Virus record (IMG/VR): IMGVR_UViG_3300033179_000001 | Location: 20,711-84,710 of that record | Strand: one strand, 5' to 3' | Length of the DNA stretch: 64,000 bases | Origin: a virus | Part shown: positions 55,284-64,000 of the stretch, piece by piece | Layout: the number at the start of each line of letters is the position of its first letter | How positions within the stretch are numbered: the stretch's first letter is position 1 | Notes under the pieces: model-generated | Seen by the model: the letters and a program-made list of their open reading frames with translations, nothing else | Databases searched by the model: none | Told to the model about the DNA's origin: nothing | Program-made: the position numbers and the translations under genes

Positions 55284-56285
55284 TTACTTTAACGCGTCGA
55301 AATGACTAACTTAAAGGAACCTTTTCAATGATCCTAGCAATTCTTATCGCTGCCAATCTCGTGTGGGCTAATCCTCCAAAGGATTGTCCCCCCTTCGATC
55401 AATGCACACCTTCTAAAAAGTCTTGGAACAGCCCGAAGTGCAAATGCTGGGACCGAAAATGACTATCAGGGAACGCCTTTATCGAATTAGGTGTTGGTGG
55501 CGCGGCTATCATTGCGACACCCCGACGATCGGCCGCTTCCGTTATGATGTAGGCGGCTGGTGCTGCTACTGCGGTAAAGTTGGGAACGGTCGCGATATCG
55601 ATGATGATCATTAATAGGTAGCAAATGAAACTCACCGCCAGACAAAGGGAAGTCCTGACGCAAGCCGCCGATCGGCACGGCGTCTACCCTCACACGCGCG
55701 GTGATCGGACGGTGCTCGAACATCTATGGCTGAAAGAGCTCGTGATACCATCGTGCAATGGAACTCAAAAGTGGCATGCAACCGGATTAGGTTGCGGCAT
55801 TATTCAGCAGTTAAAGCAGGAGGTTCGATGAGCAAGCAGATCAACAACGTTCGCGATGGACGAGTTGGAATGATCGGGTCGTGGCTGACGGAACCGCTAG
55901 ATTACGCTGCGCTGCGCGAGGAGGATATTGGTCGCACGGTCATCTATCAGGACCACGGCCGCGCCGAGGCCGGTACGCTCACATCGTGGCGGTCAGGGTT
56001 GGTCTTTGCGCGGTATAGCTGCGGCGATACGTCTGCTGCATCCCATCCGGCCGATCTGCACTTCGCAGTTCAGCAGGTTCTTTAACGATGACCAAAGGAA
56101 AAGAAAACCCGCGCCATTGCCCGAGCTGCAACGGCGTTGATCTCGTAGTCGATCAGGGCGTGATTTCATGCAAGGATTGCGGGAGAATCCTTGAAGCTGA
56201 TCGACATGATGGGACTCCGGTTATTGATCGCGAATGGGCCGCGTCTGCTGAACATTGATGCTAACGGTGAGCAAAGGGAAGTGAA

Positions 56286-56519
56286 ATGACCGAAGACGAA
56301 GCCACTAAGATCATGAGCAAATTTGTCGACAAGATGATGGCCGAAGCTATAGGTCTGCCGCAGAAACCAAACAGGTTGACCGCACTCCGATATGTCGGAG
56401 GCCGATTCGAAAGCGTCGAGATCGACGATGACGGCAAGATCATCGAGCCGCCTGCGCGCTGTTGCTACGGCACGGTACTACACGCACCGAACTGCAAATC
56501 TTGGGGAATTGTTTCTTAA
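56286..56519 (+). CDS. Hypothetical protein
   Basis: Paralogous segment to 50701-50973. Confidence 0.55.
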   Translation: MTEDEATKIMSKFVDKMMAEAIGLPQKPNRLTALRYVGGRFESVEIDDDGKIIEPPARCCYGTVLHAPNCKSWGIVS

Positions 56520-57262
56520 TAAGCAACTAATACAATTATTTTATGCACCAATGATTCCAAATGTGCCTATCTGACGGACATGTGTCGCCAGAATGAACCA
56601 AGAATGCCGGGTGGGCTTGGCTGTTGTAAAAGAACGTCTGCGGCTTGTCGGCCCCGAAATCGATCAGCCACCAAAGACCACCCAGACCTAAGCCGAAGAT
56701 CACAAATAGAAATATTCGGAATGCCTCGAACCGCGCCGTCAGATAAAGAACGCCTAGAATAATCATTGCGGTTCCGGCAGACATCCAGGATCATCCTCTA
56801 ATGGACAAACCTCAATCTAAGCTACCGGTGAATCGGCGCAAGCCTATCGGCCGATCATTCAGCGCATCAGATGTCGATAAGTTGGTGAAATCGGCCAGAA
56901 ACCGCGAGAAGGCCGTAGCGAGCCCACCGGTAAGCGACGGACTTGGAGGCACCAAATCCCCATCCCAGCCAAAGAAACGCTCTGGTGACCTTCCGGCCAA
57001 GGCGAAAGCGGCATCTAGCGATTAAGCGCTCTCACGCCACCGGAATGCTGTAGTCGGCCAGTGCGAACGCCCGCTTTGCCGTCATGAACGACAGCCATTC
57101 GCCGAGATTTACCTCGTGCGAGACAATCCGACCGCGCGACGACTGCCGCGAGCCGCACGCCCTCATCGCGGCGTAAACCTGCCGCAGTGCGAGGGACATG
57201 CTGATGCCGCGCTCTCGGCGCTGCTCATGGGCGACGGTGAAAATCTGGGACCGCGTCATGGC

Positions 57263-57442
57263 TTAAGCCTCCACGACGCGAGTTGCGGCCTTGCGGACCA
57301 GTTCGGCGCGTTCTCCGGGACGCTTGATGATGTATTCGCCAACCTTGCGGCGCAATTCAAAACCGTACCAGCAATGTGCGAGTTCGGGAATGTTGGTCTC
57401 GGTAACCTGATAGAAACGATTGGCTGAGGTTTCGATGATCAT
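57263..57442 (-). CDS. Small early protein
   Basis: TTGACG-N17-TAGGGT promoter and GCAGCAGGAGA leader. Confidence 0.6.
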   Translation of the reverse strand: MIIETSANRFYQVTETNIPELAHCWYGFELRRKVGEYIIKRPGERAELVRKAATRVVEA

Positions 57443-58055
57443 GGTGGTATCTCCTGCTGCGAAAACGACCCTACATACCGAATCGAACCTCGTCAAGTGG
57501 AAAAATCCGCAGAAACACGAAACCCCAACTTTTTTAGGGTTGGGGCTCGGATTTGGGGCGACCGGAAATCGAGTTGCAGCAGGACCTCGGCCGCCCCGGG
57601 GCGCGAGCCCACGTTACGTCCCGGGAGGACGTACCGTTTTCCAATACGCGATTTCGCCGGGACCTGCAACGGTCGGAACCTGACATGCCCCGCAAAATAA
57701 TTTGTCCGGATTCATACGGCGGAAATTCCGGCAACATTCCTCACACATTGCCATTTCGCCAGTCAGACGCACGATCGTACCGGGGCACTCTTTCTCGCGG
57801 TCGGAAAGCGTTCCGTTGGCCCGGAACAGAATATGGATCAGGCCATCATTCACAATCAATGCCTCCGCGCGTCAACATGGGATTTCAATTGCGCGAAATC
57901 TTCGGGATGCAGGAGAATCACCTTGCCGTCCGCATCCGGTCGAGCCGCATGGTTCAGCGGTCCCGCGTACACGATCGACGAATCATAGATCATGACGCAG
58001 GAACCCTTTGCAATGCCCTTATGCACTGTGGCGTCGAATAGATCGCACATGGTCA

Positions 58056-58817
58056 TTATCCGGTGGCTTGTTCCGCCTGAGACGCGAAATCCGCATCCGC
58101 TCGCTGCCGCTTTGCTTCCTGAATGATTCGCGCCGACCTGTCACGGGCGGCCTGAGCTTCTTCCCGTATTCTTTTGCGTTCCTCCACATGAATTGCTTCG
58201 GCCTTCATCGCGAGCGAATCAGCTAGCCCGCGCATATGCGCCGCAACCCGCTCGCGTTCGGCCTCAGAGACCTCTGGAGCGTCTAGCATGTGCCGAACGG
58301 CCAGAACCTTCATAACCTTGTGATGCTCACCCTGAACGTCCGCAGCCCGTTTCTTGACCTGATCCAGGAGGCGGTAGGCACTCGGCGCATGGTCGACCGT
58401 GAACGGAATCCGCTCGCCGTCCCTATTCACGTCAAATACCCGCCGGTGCTTGAAATCATCGATCGCGGCCAAAATGGCGAATAGCGGCTGGTCGCCGAGA
58501 TGCGCCACATAGCCGGCCGTGGTCGCGGCTGGATTGTCCAACCGAACATTGAGGTATCCACCGAGGAAGCCGGCAATCGCCTTGCATGCCCGCTCCTGAT
58601 CCGCCGTCGCCATCGAAATCGGCCGCAATCTCGTATGCAGCGTTCGGCGCCGGTCATCCAATGCCTTCCGCATCGCAGTCGTCGGCAGTTTCGGAAGCCG
58701 GTCAACCCCGTACCGATCGCGCTCGATCGACCGATAGAAACCGTCCACGGTATCTTGCAGACGCGCCAACGCCAGCGCATTGCTCGCCGCATCGGTGGTT
58801 ACAAGATCATTCGACAT
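58056..58817 (-). CDS. Replication-associated protein (loader-like position)
   Basis: Follows initiator-like gene; Y...L...P..AI..A..APS pattern. Confidence 0.5.
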   Translation of the reverse strand: MSNDLVTTDAASNALALARLQDTVDGFYRSIERDRYGVDRLPKLPTTAMRKALDDRRRTLHTRLRPISMATADQERACKAIAGFLGGYLNVRLDNPAATTAGYVAHLGDQPLFAILAAIDDFKHRRVFDVNRDGERIPFTVDHAPSAYRLLDQVKKRAADVQGEHHKVMKVLAVRHMLDAPEVSEAERERVAAHMRGLADSLAMKAEAIHVEERKRIREEAQAARDRSARIIQEAKRQRADADFASQAEQATG

Positions 58818-58820
58818 TTC

Positions 58821-59249
58821 TCACCTTCCCGCCGCAATCTCAAAGAATGACTTCGGCCTATCTTCTGGAACTATGTCCGCTTCCTGGTCTTTCCAACCTT
58901 GATCGTTTAGCCATGTCGCAGGGTGTTTTATAAACCCGCGCCTGACCTCATATGAGCATATATACCGCTCCATTCCATTTATCAAATCTAACCAGCGGGT
59001 TTTTCCCGCAAAGGCGATCTTCTCCAATACTTTCAAAGCCCGTGGCTTGGCCTTTTTATTCGGATATCGTTGCCAAAATATGACTTGATAGTCCGCTGGC
59101 CAATCCGCCGGAATTTGTAACGCTATGGCCGTGGTAGGGTTCCCCGCCGCGCCGTCGATCGCCTCTTGGACGATCTCGCATACGGCTGTTTCGGTGAATG
59201 GGTCCAAGTTTAGGTCATGGATACGATCAAAGATTTGCATTGGCAGCAT
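58821..59249 (-). CDS. Phage replication initiator C-terminal-type domain
   Basis: FWQRYP.KK.K..A..IKHPATWLN..W.D. Confidence 0.65.
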   Translation of the reverse strand: MLPMQIFDRIHDLNLDPFTETAVCEIVQEAIDGAAGNPTTAIALQIPADWPADYQVIFWQRYPNKKAKPRALKVLEKIAFAGKTRWLDLINGMERYICSYEVRRGFIKHPATWLNDQGWKDQEADIVPEDRPKSFFEIAAGR

Positions 59250-59323
59250 GTAACCTCCTGAATTTATGACCGCGTTTGGATTGATCCAGACGAATCCATC
59301 GGCTTATGGTTTGATTCGGCCGG

Positions 59324-60019
59324 TTAACTAGGAATGAAATCTTTTTGAGACCCATTCCCTGCTTGTATAGAGCAATGCAAAATTCCCGCTCGCGTGGTCT
59401 GGAATGGCGCATAGGCGAATAAATCCGGTTGTTTCCTAGCATTATCCAATCTTGGAAGAGTCACGGCAAATCGGCTCACCGACGACCCATCAAAACTATC
59501 GGCATCTGCAGCCGCACAAAGGAAAATGCGGCGTTTGGTGTTAACGCGGCCAACATGACAGATCGCCCCACAGGAATGAGCTACCGCAGTCCACATGGCC
59601 ATAGTTTCTTCTTTAAATTCGGTCGTGCCACCTACAAAAACGCCGCACCTCTTGCCTAACCGGTGCATCACATCGCCCGGTGTCATACCGTCCTGAACAG
59701 CGATAAGTGCAACCATCGTGTGCCGTAAAAGCCATGGAAGCCAAGTGCGGGTCAGTTCAAGACTCGCTTTGCCTCCAGCGACAATATCAGGAGCGACCAC
59801 GAAATCAGCATTGGCACCTATTTTAGCGACTGCATCCCGAAATGGCTGTTCTTTGAATGGCTCACCAGCGATATGAGCACTCCATGCGCCATTGTCCAAA
59901 GCATATGGAATACCGTAGTTTTTCAGTCCTGTGGCTGGTGAAAGTAGCACGCGCCATCCTGCACCTCGCACCGCCGCAAGGCTTCGTCGATTTGTCGTAT
60001 AGGCTGCATATGCGATCAT
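59324..60019 (-). CDS. TGT/DpdA-like TIM-barrel protein
   Basis: YALDNGAW, VAPDIV, AVQDG, FVGG, HVGRVN, DSFDGS. Confidence 0.55.
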   Translation of the reverse strand: MIAYAAYTTNRRSLAAVRGAGWRVLLSPATGLKNYGIPYALDNGAWSAHIAGEPFKEQPFRDAVAKIGANADFVVAPDIVAGGKASLELTRTWLPWLLRHTMVALIAVQDGMTPGDVMHRLGKRCGVFVGGTTEFKEETMAMWTAVAHSCGAICHVGRVNTKRRIFLCAAADADSFDGSSVSRFAVTLPRLDNARKQPDLFAYAPFQTTRAGILHCSIQAGNGSQKDFIPS

Positions 60020-60289
60020 GATTTTGCCGTGTTCGCACATGCCTGCGCCAGCATCTCGCGCAACTCTGCCTTGGAAATATTCGCCGGCAACTTCGGCTGC
60101 ATACGCCGCGCCGTGATCTTGTATGCCGGCAAATCGGATTGCTGCAGGACGAACTTCTTGTCCTTCTCCCGCGCAGCCGCCAGTTTGGCTCGCTTGGCCC
60201 TCCCCCTGATCCGGTCGCGCTCCCTGCGGCGCTCAATTACTTCTGGAGACGGAACGTAGGTCTTGCGGATTTTTGGCATATCAATTCCT

Positions 60290-60634
60290 TTAAGCAACCA
60301 TTTTTGCGTTTCGATCGCGACGTGCTATTTCGTCTTCCGCGTGTTGCTTGTGAGATTGAGAGACTTCTGAAGCATGGTTCCCTTGAAGATCAACGCGATA
60401 TTTTTTGCATGATAGAGCGTTCAAATATCTGGTTTTCTTAGTATAGTATTCAATGAAGCATCTTACCTCAAACCAAGGCAAATCACGGTTACTGGAAATA
60501 ATATCACCTCTTATTCCGATCTTAAGAGGCTTTGTTTCTTCTGAACCTCTCGGAAAAAACGCCAAAGGATATCGTTGCAATAATATCGCTTCAATCGCCG
60601 CGATTCGATTCCACAAGGTGTCCTTCTTACTCAT
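60290..60634 (-). CDS. ProQ/FinO family RNA-binding protein
   Basis: YP..F..KPLKIGI..D..YT...YL..RVDL.G. Confidence 0.85.
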   Translation of the reverse strand: MSKKDTLWNRIAAIEAILLQRYPLAFFPRGSEETKPLKIGIRGDIISSNRDLPWFEVRCFIEYYTKKTRYLNALSCKKYRVDLQGNHASEVSQSHKQHAEDEIARRDRNAKMVA

Positions 60635-61296
60635 TTCTCTTTTTCCTCTTTCCTTTGCGTTCTTGCGTTAAAATCTTCCGATAAGATTTCCAATCAAATG
60701 TAGGTCTTATTTCTGCCAACGTTGAATCTCTGATCAGATCATATGGCGTTGGCTGATATCGTCTCCATTTTCTTTTTCTCGCATTACCCATCCAGAGTCC
60801 TGTAACTGAGTTCAGATTACGTATCTGTCCCAACTACCCCCAAACCCCCATTGGAACAGAGATGTCCCGCAGGAAGGTCTGAGGGTTAGTTCGGATGCCT
60901 CTGTAACTTGAGACGAGTTACTGTAGAGCCACCCCGGGGGCCTCACGGCTTACCCATCCTGATAGTTTACCTAGCCTCCGACACACCCCAGGAAGGACTA
61001 AACCTCACCCCGCGCCGCCTGCCCTCGCTAGGAAGGCCCCGACGCACGAATGCGCCCCGGCCAAGATGGCAGGAACCCGGTGATCGGTTTGGGGATTGAA
61101 TTGGGCGAGGTTGACGCAAGGCGATATATTGCCTATGTCAATTTGCAGGCCGTTAGGCCCGCCCTCGTCCGATCTCCCGCGAAGAATCATCGGACAGTTT
61201 ACAACGGCCCCGGCTTCAGCCCCCGGGGTCGTTTTCATTTGTGGACCGAATCTCGGCCGCTGTCGAATCCTTTGTCGCTAGTCCCCGCTATCAACA

Positions 61297-61986
61297 TCAC
61301 AGCATGGATTCCTGTTTCGCTGGCTTTGGTCGTTCGATGAACATGTCAGGCTGTTTCAGTGCCTCAGTGATTCGCCGACATGCGATATCGAAATAACGTT
61401 CCTCAATCTCGATCCCGATAAACTTGCGCCCGAGCTTGACGGCGGCAACGCCTGTGGTGCCGGAGCCCATGAATGGATCTAGAATTGTCCATCTGCGTTC
61501 AGTTTTCTGCAGAAGCTCGATCATAACGGCTACCGGCTTTTCGGTAGGATGGTTTTCGTTAAGGTTGTGATTAAACCCGACTGAGGTATAGAGAACCGAT
61601 CGCGTGCGAGTTCCCGCCCATCCGCTGCCGAGCACATAAATTTCCTCTGTGCTAGGGAACCACGGCATGGATAAATCCCCCATCCCAACTGTCCCTTTAT
61701 CCCAGATCAGAACCATTTTTGTACTGGGAGGCTTGGGAACTTTCCATGATCCGAATATCAATGCACGACCATCCCCTATTCGATCAACGAGCCAGTCCCG
61801 AATAACCGGCGTCGCATCATTGGCGATGGAGATTTTCTTGAATTTGTTGTTCCACCCGCTGCTAAAGGAAACGCCATACGGCGGATCAGTCACCACCGCA
61901 TCGACCTTACCAAGCGTCGGCAAAACTTCGCGACAGTCGGCATTGTAAAGGATGATGCCCTCTGCCAAGTTCTCAATTCGGCTCAT
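61297..61986 (-). CDS. DNA N6-adenine/N4-cytosine methyltransferase (beta class)
   Basis: TDPPYG, HPTEKP, LDPFMGSGTTG. Confidence 0.95.
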   Translation of the reverse strand: MSRIENLAEGIILYNADCREVLPTLGKVDAVVTDPPYGVSFSSGWNNKFKKISIANDATPVIRDWLVDRIGDGRALIFGSWKVPKPPSTKMVLIWDKGTVGMGDLSMPWFPSTEEIYVLGSGWAGTRTRSVLYTSVGFNHNLNENHPTEKPVAVMIELLQKTERRWTILDPFMGSGTTGVAAVKLGRKFIGIEIEERYFDIACRRITEALKQPDMFIERPKPAKQESML

Positions 61987-62795
61987 TTCAGCGCTCCCGC
62001 GTTCAGTTTCGGTATCCGCATCGGCTTCATTCCGCCACGGAGCCGCGCGAGCAGATCGGCCGCAGACGGCCCGGGCGGGGCTGGCGTGGGCACCGATGCG
62101 GCAATCTCGGCCGAACCATTCATGGTCACGCCTTCAGGCTTAGGCGACAGGTGACGCGCGCTGGCCCGTAGATCGCATCCCAGAAACTTCCGGCCAGTCG
62201 CAACGCAGATGTCAAGCACCCCAAATCCTCCCGCACACGGATCAACCACGATATCACCGACCGATGTCGTCGCCTCGATCAGCCGCGTCATCAGGTTTGA
62301 CGGTTTCGCATGCGGGTGGCCCTCCGGCTTTTTCTCCGTCCATGAATCAGCGATGCTGTGATCGGTCCATACGTCTTTCGCCCGAATCGGCTGTTTCTGC
62401 ACGATCAAAAGATATTCTGTCGTACAGCGTGCCCGCCGGCCCATCCCGATCCGGGCCTTGTTCCACGCGATCAGGTCCACAATCTGGAATGATGACATAA
62501 AATGGAAATATCGCAGATGCCGGCCTGATCCGATCGTGAACTTATCCGTCCAGAACAGCAGGTGTCCCGATGGCCGCAATATCCTTTCTGCCTCATCAAT
62601 AAATCGTGATATCTCTTGATCGGTCATTTGCGGGAGGGCAGATCGTTCCGATTGCCGCTCGCCCTCGTTCCCATATTTCAGCTTATCAAGGATGCCGCGA
62701 TATTGGGGGTCCATGACAACAAGTGCCGCTGATTCGTCATTGATCGAGCGCAACAGATCAAAGCCGTTCATCCTTTGGGCAATATCGTATTTCAT
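61983..62795 (-). CDS. Second N6/N4 DNA methyltransferase
   Basis: DPQY, HPHAKP, VDPCAGG. Confidence 0.8.
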   Translation of the reverse strand: MKYDIAQRMNGFDLLRSINDESAALVVMDPQYRGILDKLKYGNEGERQSERSALPQMTDQEISRFIDEAERILRPSGHLLFWTDKFTIGSGRHLRYFHFMSSFQIVDLIAWNKARIGMGRRARCTTEYLLIVQKQPIRAKDVWTDHSIADSWTEKKPEGHPHAKPSNLMTRLIEATTSVGDIVVDPCAGGFGVLDICVATGRKFLGCDLRASARHLSPKPEGVTMNGSAEIAASVPTPAPPGPSAADLLARLRGGMKPMRIPKLNAGALK

Positions 62796-63277
62796 TTTCT
62801 CGCAAATTCTCCAAAGTACTGACGCGCTGCTGTTTCATATGCAGCACCAGCCCTCTCCTTGGTGTCAAAATATCCAAGATGAATATTCTTTTTTTCGACT
62901 TGAATCTGAGCAGAAAACTTACCAGTCCTGTAAAGTCTAACTCCCTTTATTCCGGTCGAGTTAGTTTTTCCTAAAGTTTTATTAGCGCCATTCTGGGATT
63001 GTGTCGCAAGACGGAGATTCGACCATCTATCGTCATTCCTTGTAAGATTTTCATGATCAACTTGGTGAGGTGGCCATTTCCCAGTCATGTAGAACCACGC
63101 CAAACGTGCTGATGGGTAATTTCTGCCGGCTATCTTAACCATCCAATAGCCATTGAATTTATTCAGATGACCAGCACGATCATTTATCGCCATCTTTCCA
63201 ATCTTAATAATCCAAGTCCATATTCCGGTCGCCGGATCATATTTTAGAGATCGGATCAATTCGTGGTGGGTGATCAT
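62792..63277 (-). CDS. HNH-AP2 homing endonuclease
   Basis: YDPATG, RLAWFY, VDHEN..D.RWSNLR, LGYF..FGEFA. Confidence 0.9.
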   Translation of the reverse strand: MITHHELIRSLKYDPATGIWTWIIKIGKMAINDRAGHLNKFNGYWMVKIAGRNYPSARLAWFYMTGKWPPHQVDHENLTRNDDRWSNLRLATQSQNGANKTLGKTNSTGIKGVRLYRTGKFSAQIQVEKKNIHLGYFDTKERAGAAYETAARQYFGEFARK

Positions 63278-63855
63278 TCTGCCGCTTCCTGCAGGCTGAT
63301 GAGATCAGTGCGCAAACCACCGTATATTGCGATCAGGATACTTTCAGCGCGGTTGTGAAAGCCCTGCACGTCGCTGACGACGCCTTTCCTGGTCTTGGTC
63401 GGAAGCCACTGGCGAGCGCTCGGACAGAGTTCCACAGCTCTTGCAATAGACTGGCTCTTGTTCTCGCCGATCAAATTCAAAGCTCGTTTCCAAACGGTTG
63501 ATTGGATATAGACCGTATCGATTCCAAACAAATCAACGGTATTTTCAAGCGCGCCAGCCGCACGAAGATAGCGCCCAGAGCTTGCGCTTCCCATGGCTCT
63601 CCGGTTGCCGAATTTATCTGGAATCGACGGCATCGTATTTGCGTTTTCCACGTAGGCAAGGTGCGGGTCCATCTTTTCTAACCAATCAAAGAATGCTTGG
63701 CCGTCGATTCGCTTTGCCGTTTCCTCTCCGCGCGTAGGTATATCCAGTACACCCAAAATTTCAGGAACCTTTGCCCCGTCTGCATATCCGAAGACTGCCG
63801 CCGTAGCGCTTGCAAGCCCGGGATCAACGCCAAGCACACGAATCACTTTGCTCAT
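63274..63855 (-). CDS. RuvC-like Holliday junction resolvase
   Basis: VLGVDPG, AYVE, WK, NRAESILIA. Confidence 0.75.
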   Translation of the reverse strand: MSKVIRVLGVDPGLASATAAVFGYADGAKVPEILGVLDIPTRGEETAKRIDGQAFFDWLEKMDPHLAYVENANTMPSIPDKFGNRRAMGSASSGRYLRAAGALENTVDLFGIDTVYIQSTVWKRALNLIGENKSQSIARAVELCPSARQWLPTKTRKGVVSDVQGFHNRAESILIAIYGGLRTDLISLQEAAE

Positions 63856-64000
63856 ATATTCCCTCTCACAAAAATGCCCAAGGATCACGCGGCTCCTTGG
63901 GCATTTTCGCTTTTATACTCTGCAGCGCATAAAATAAGTTAGGCCGCGTTGCTCTCTTCGTCCGGTTCCGGCGAAGGCGCATTCGGTCCCGGAACGATCG

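Larger units (their letters stand above)
1..64000. mobile_element. Tailed phage (or prophage) genome segment, podovirus-like, probable alphaproteobacterial host
   Basis: TerL, portal, scaffold, capsid, adaptor, ejection and fibre genes in one orientation; no tape-measure or sheath gene; tRNA array; many small ORFs; no housekeeping operons. Confidence 0.95.

Noticed and set aside
57500-57690. Genome terminus/pac site or origin
   Set aside because: Hairpin-rich intergenic tract, but no terminal repeat or iterons can be shown
1-64000. Genome-wide TAG reassignment
   Set aside because: Long genes are intact in code 11 and several TAG stops are followed by out-of-frame starts (e.g. 2627, 26103)
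1-64000. CRISPR array, rRNA, integrase, clear lysis cassette
   Set aside because: None recognisable in this window, so lifestyle cannot be determined

Overview
The whole window reads as part of a tailed dsDNA phage (or prophage) genome of podovirus-type architecture. The host is probably an alphaproteobacterium: tRNA-His has the G1-U72/A73, no-G-1 signature. Layout: (1) 1-3.2 kb, + strand: end of a nonulosonate-type sugar cluster (HisF-like, SpsF-like cytidylyltransferase, pseudaminic-acid-associated methylase), a DEDD exonuclease and an HNH. (2) 3.2-33.3 kb, - strand: virion module with TerL, portal, scaffold, a major capsid gene split by a group I intron with a GIY-YIG ORF, adaptor/tail proteins, ejection proteins, fibres/spikes, two Maf/sialyltransferase-like genes, a second capsid paralogue and a HiPIP-like gene. 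(3) 33.5-37.4 kb: an array of 35 tRNA genes covering all 20 amino acids. It includes five C33 tRNAs, two CCA-less tRNAs with extended acceptor stems, a circularly permuted tRNA-like element, unknown structured RNAs and two embedded ORFs. (4) ~41 kb: a Pth2-like gene that begins ATG-CGT-TAG, followed directly by two amber (CUA) tRNAs, suggesting an amber-readthrough-gated circuit. Two virion gene junctions are also in-frame TAGs whose downstream gene lacks an ATG at its Shine-Dalgarno. (5) 42-64 kb: small early-type genes sharing a leader motif, plus DNA modification, replication and recombination genes. All calls come from motif recognition and manual folding; no searches were run.
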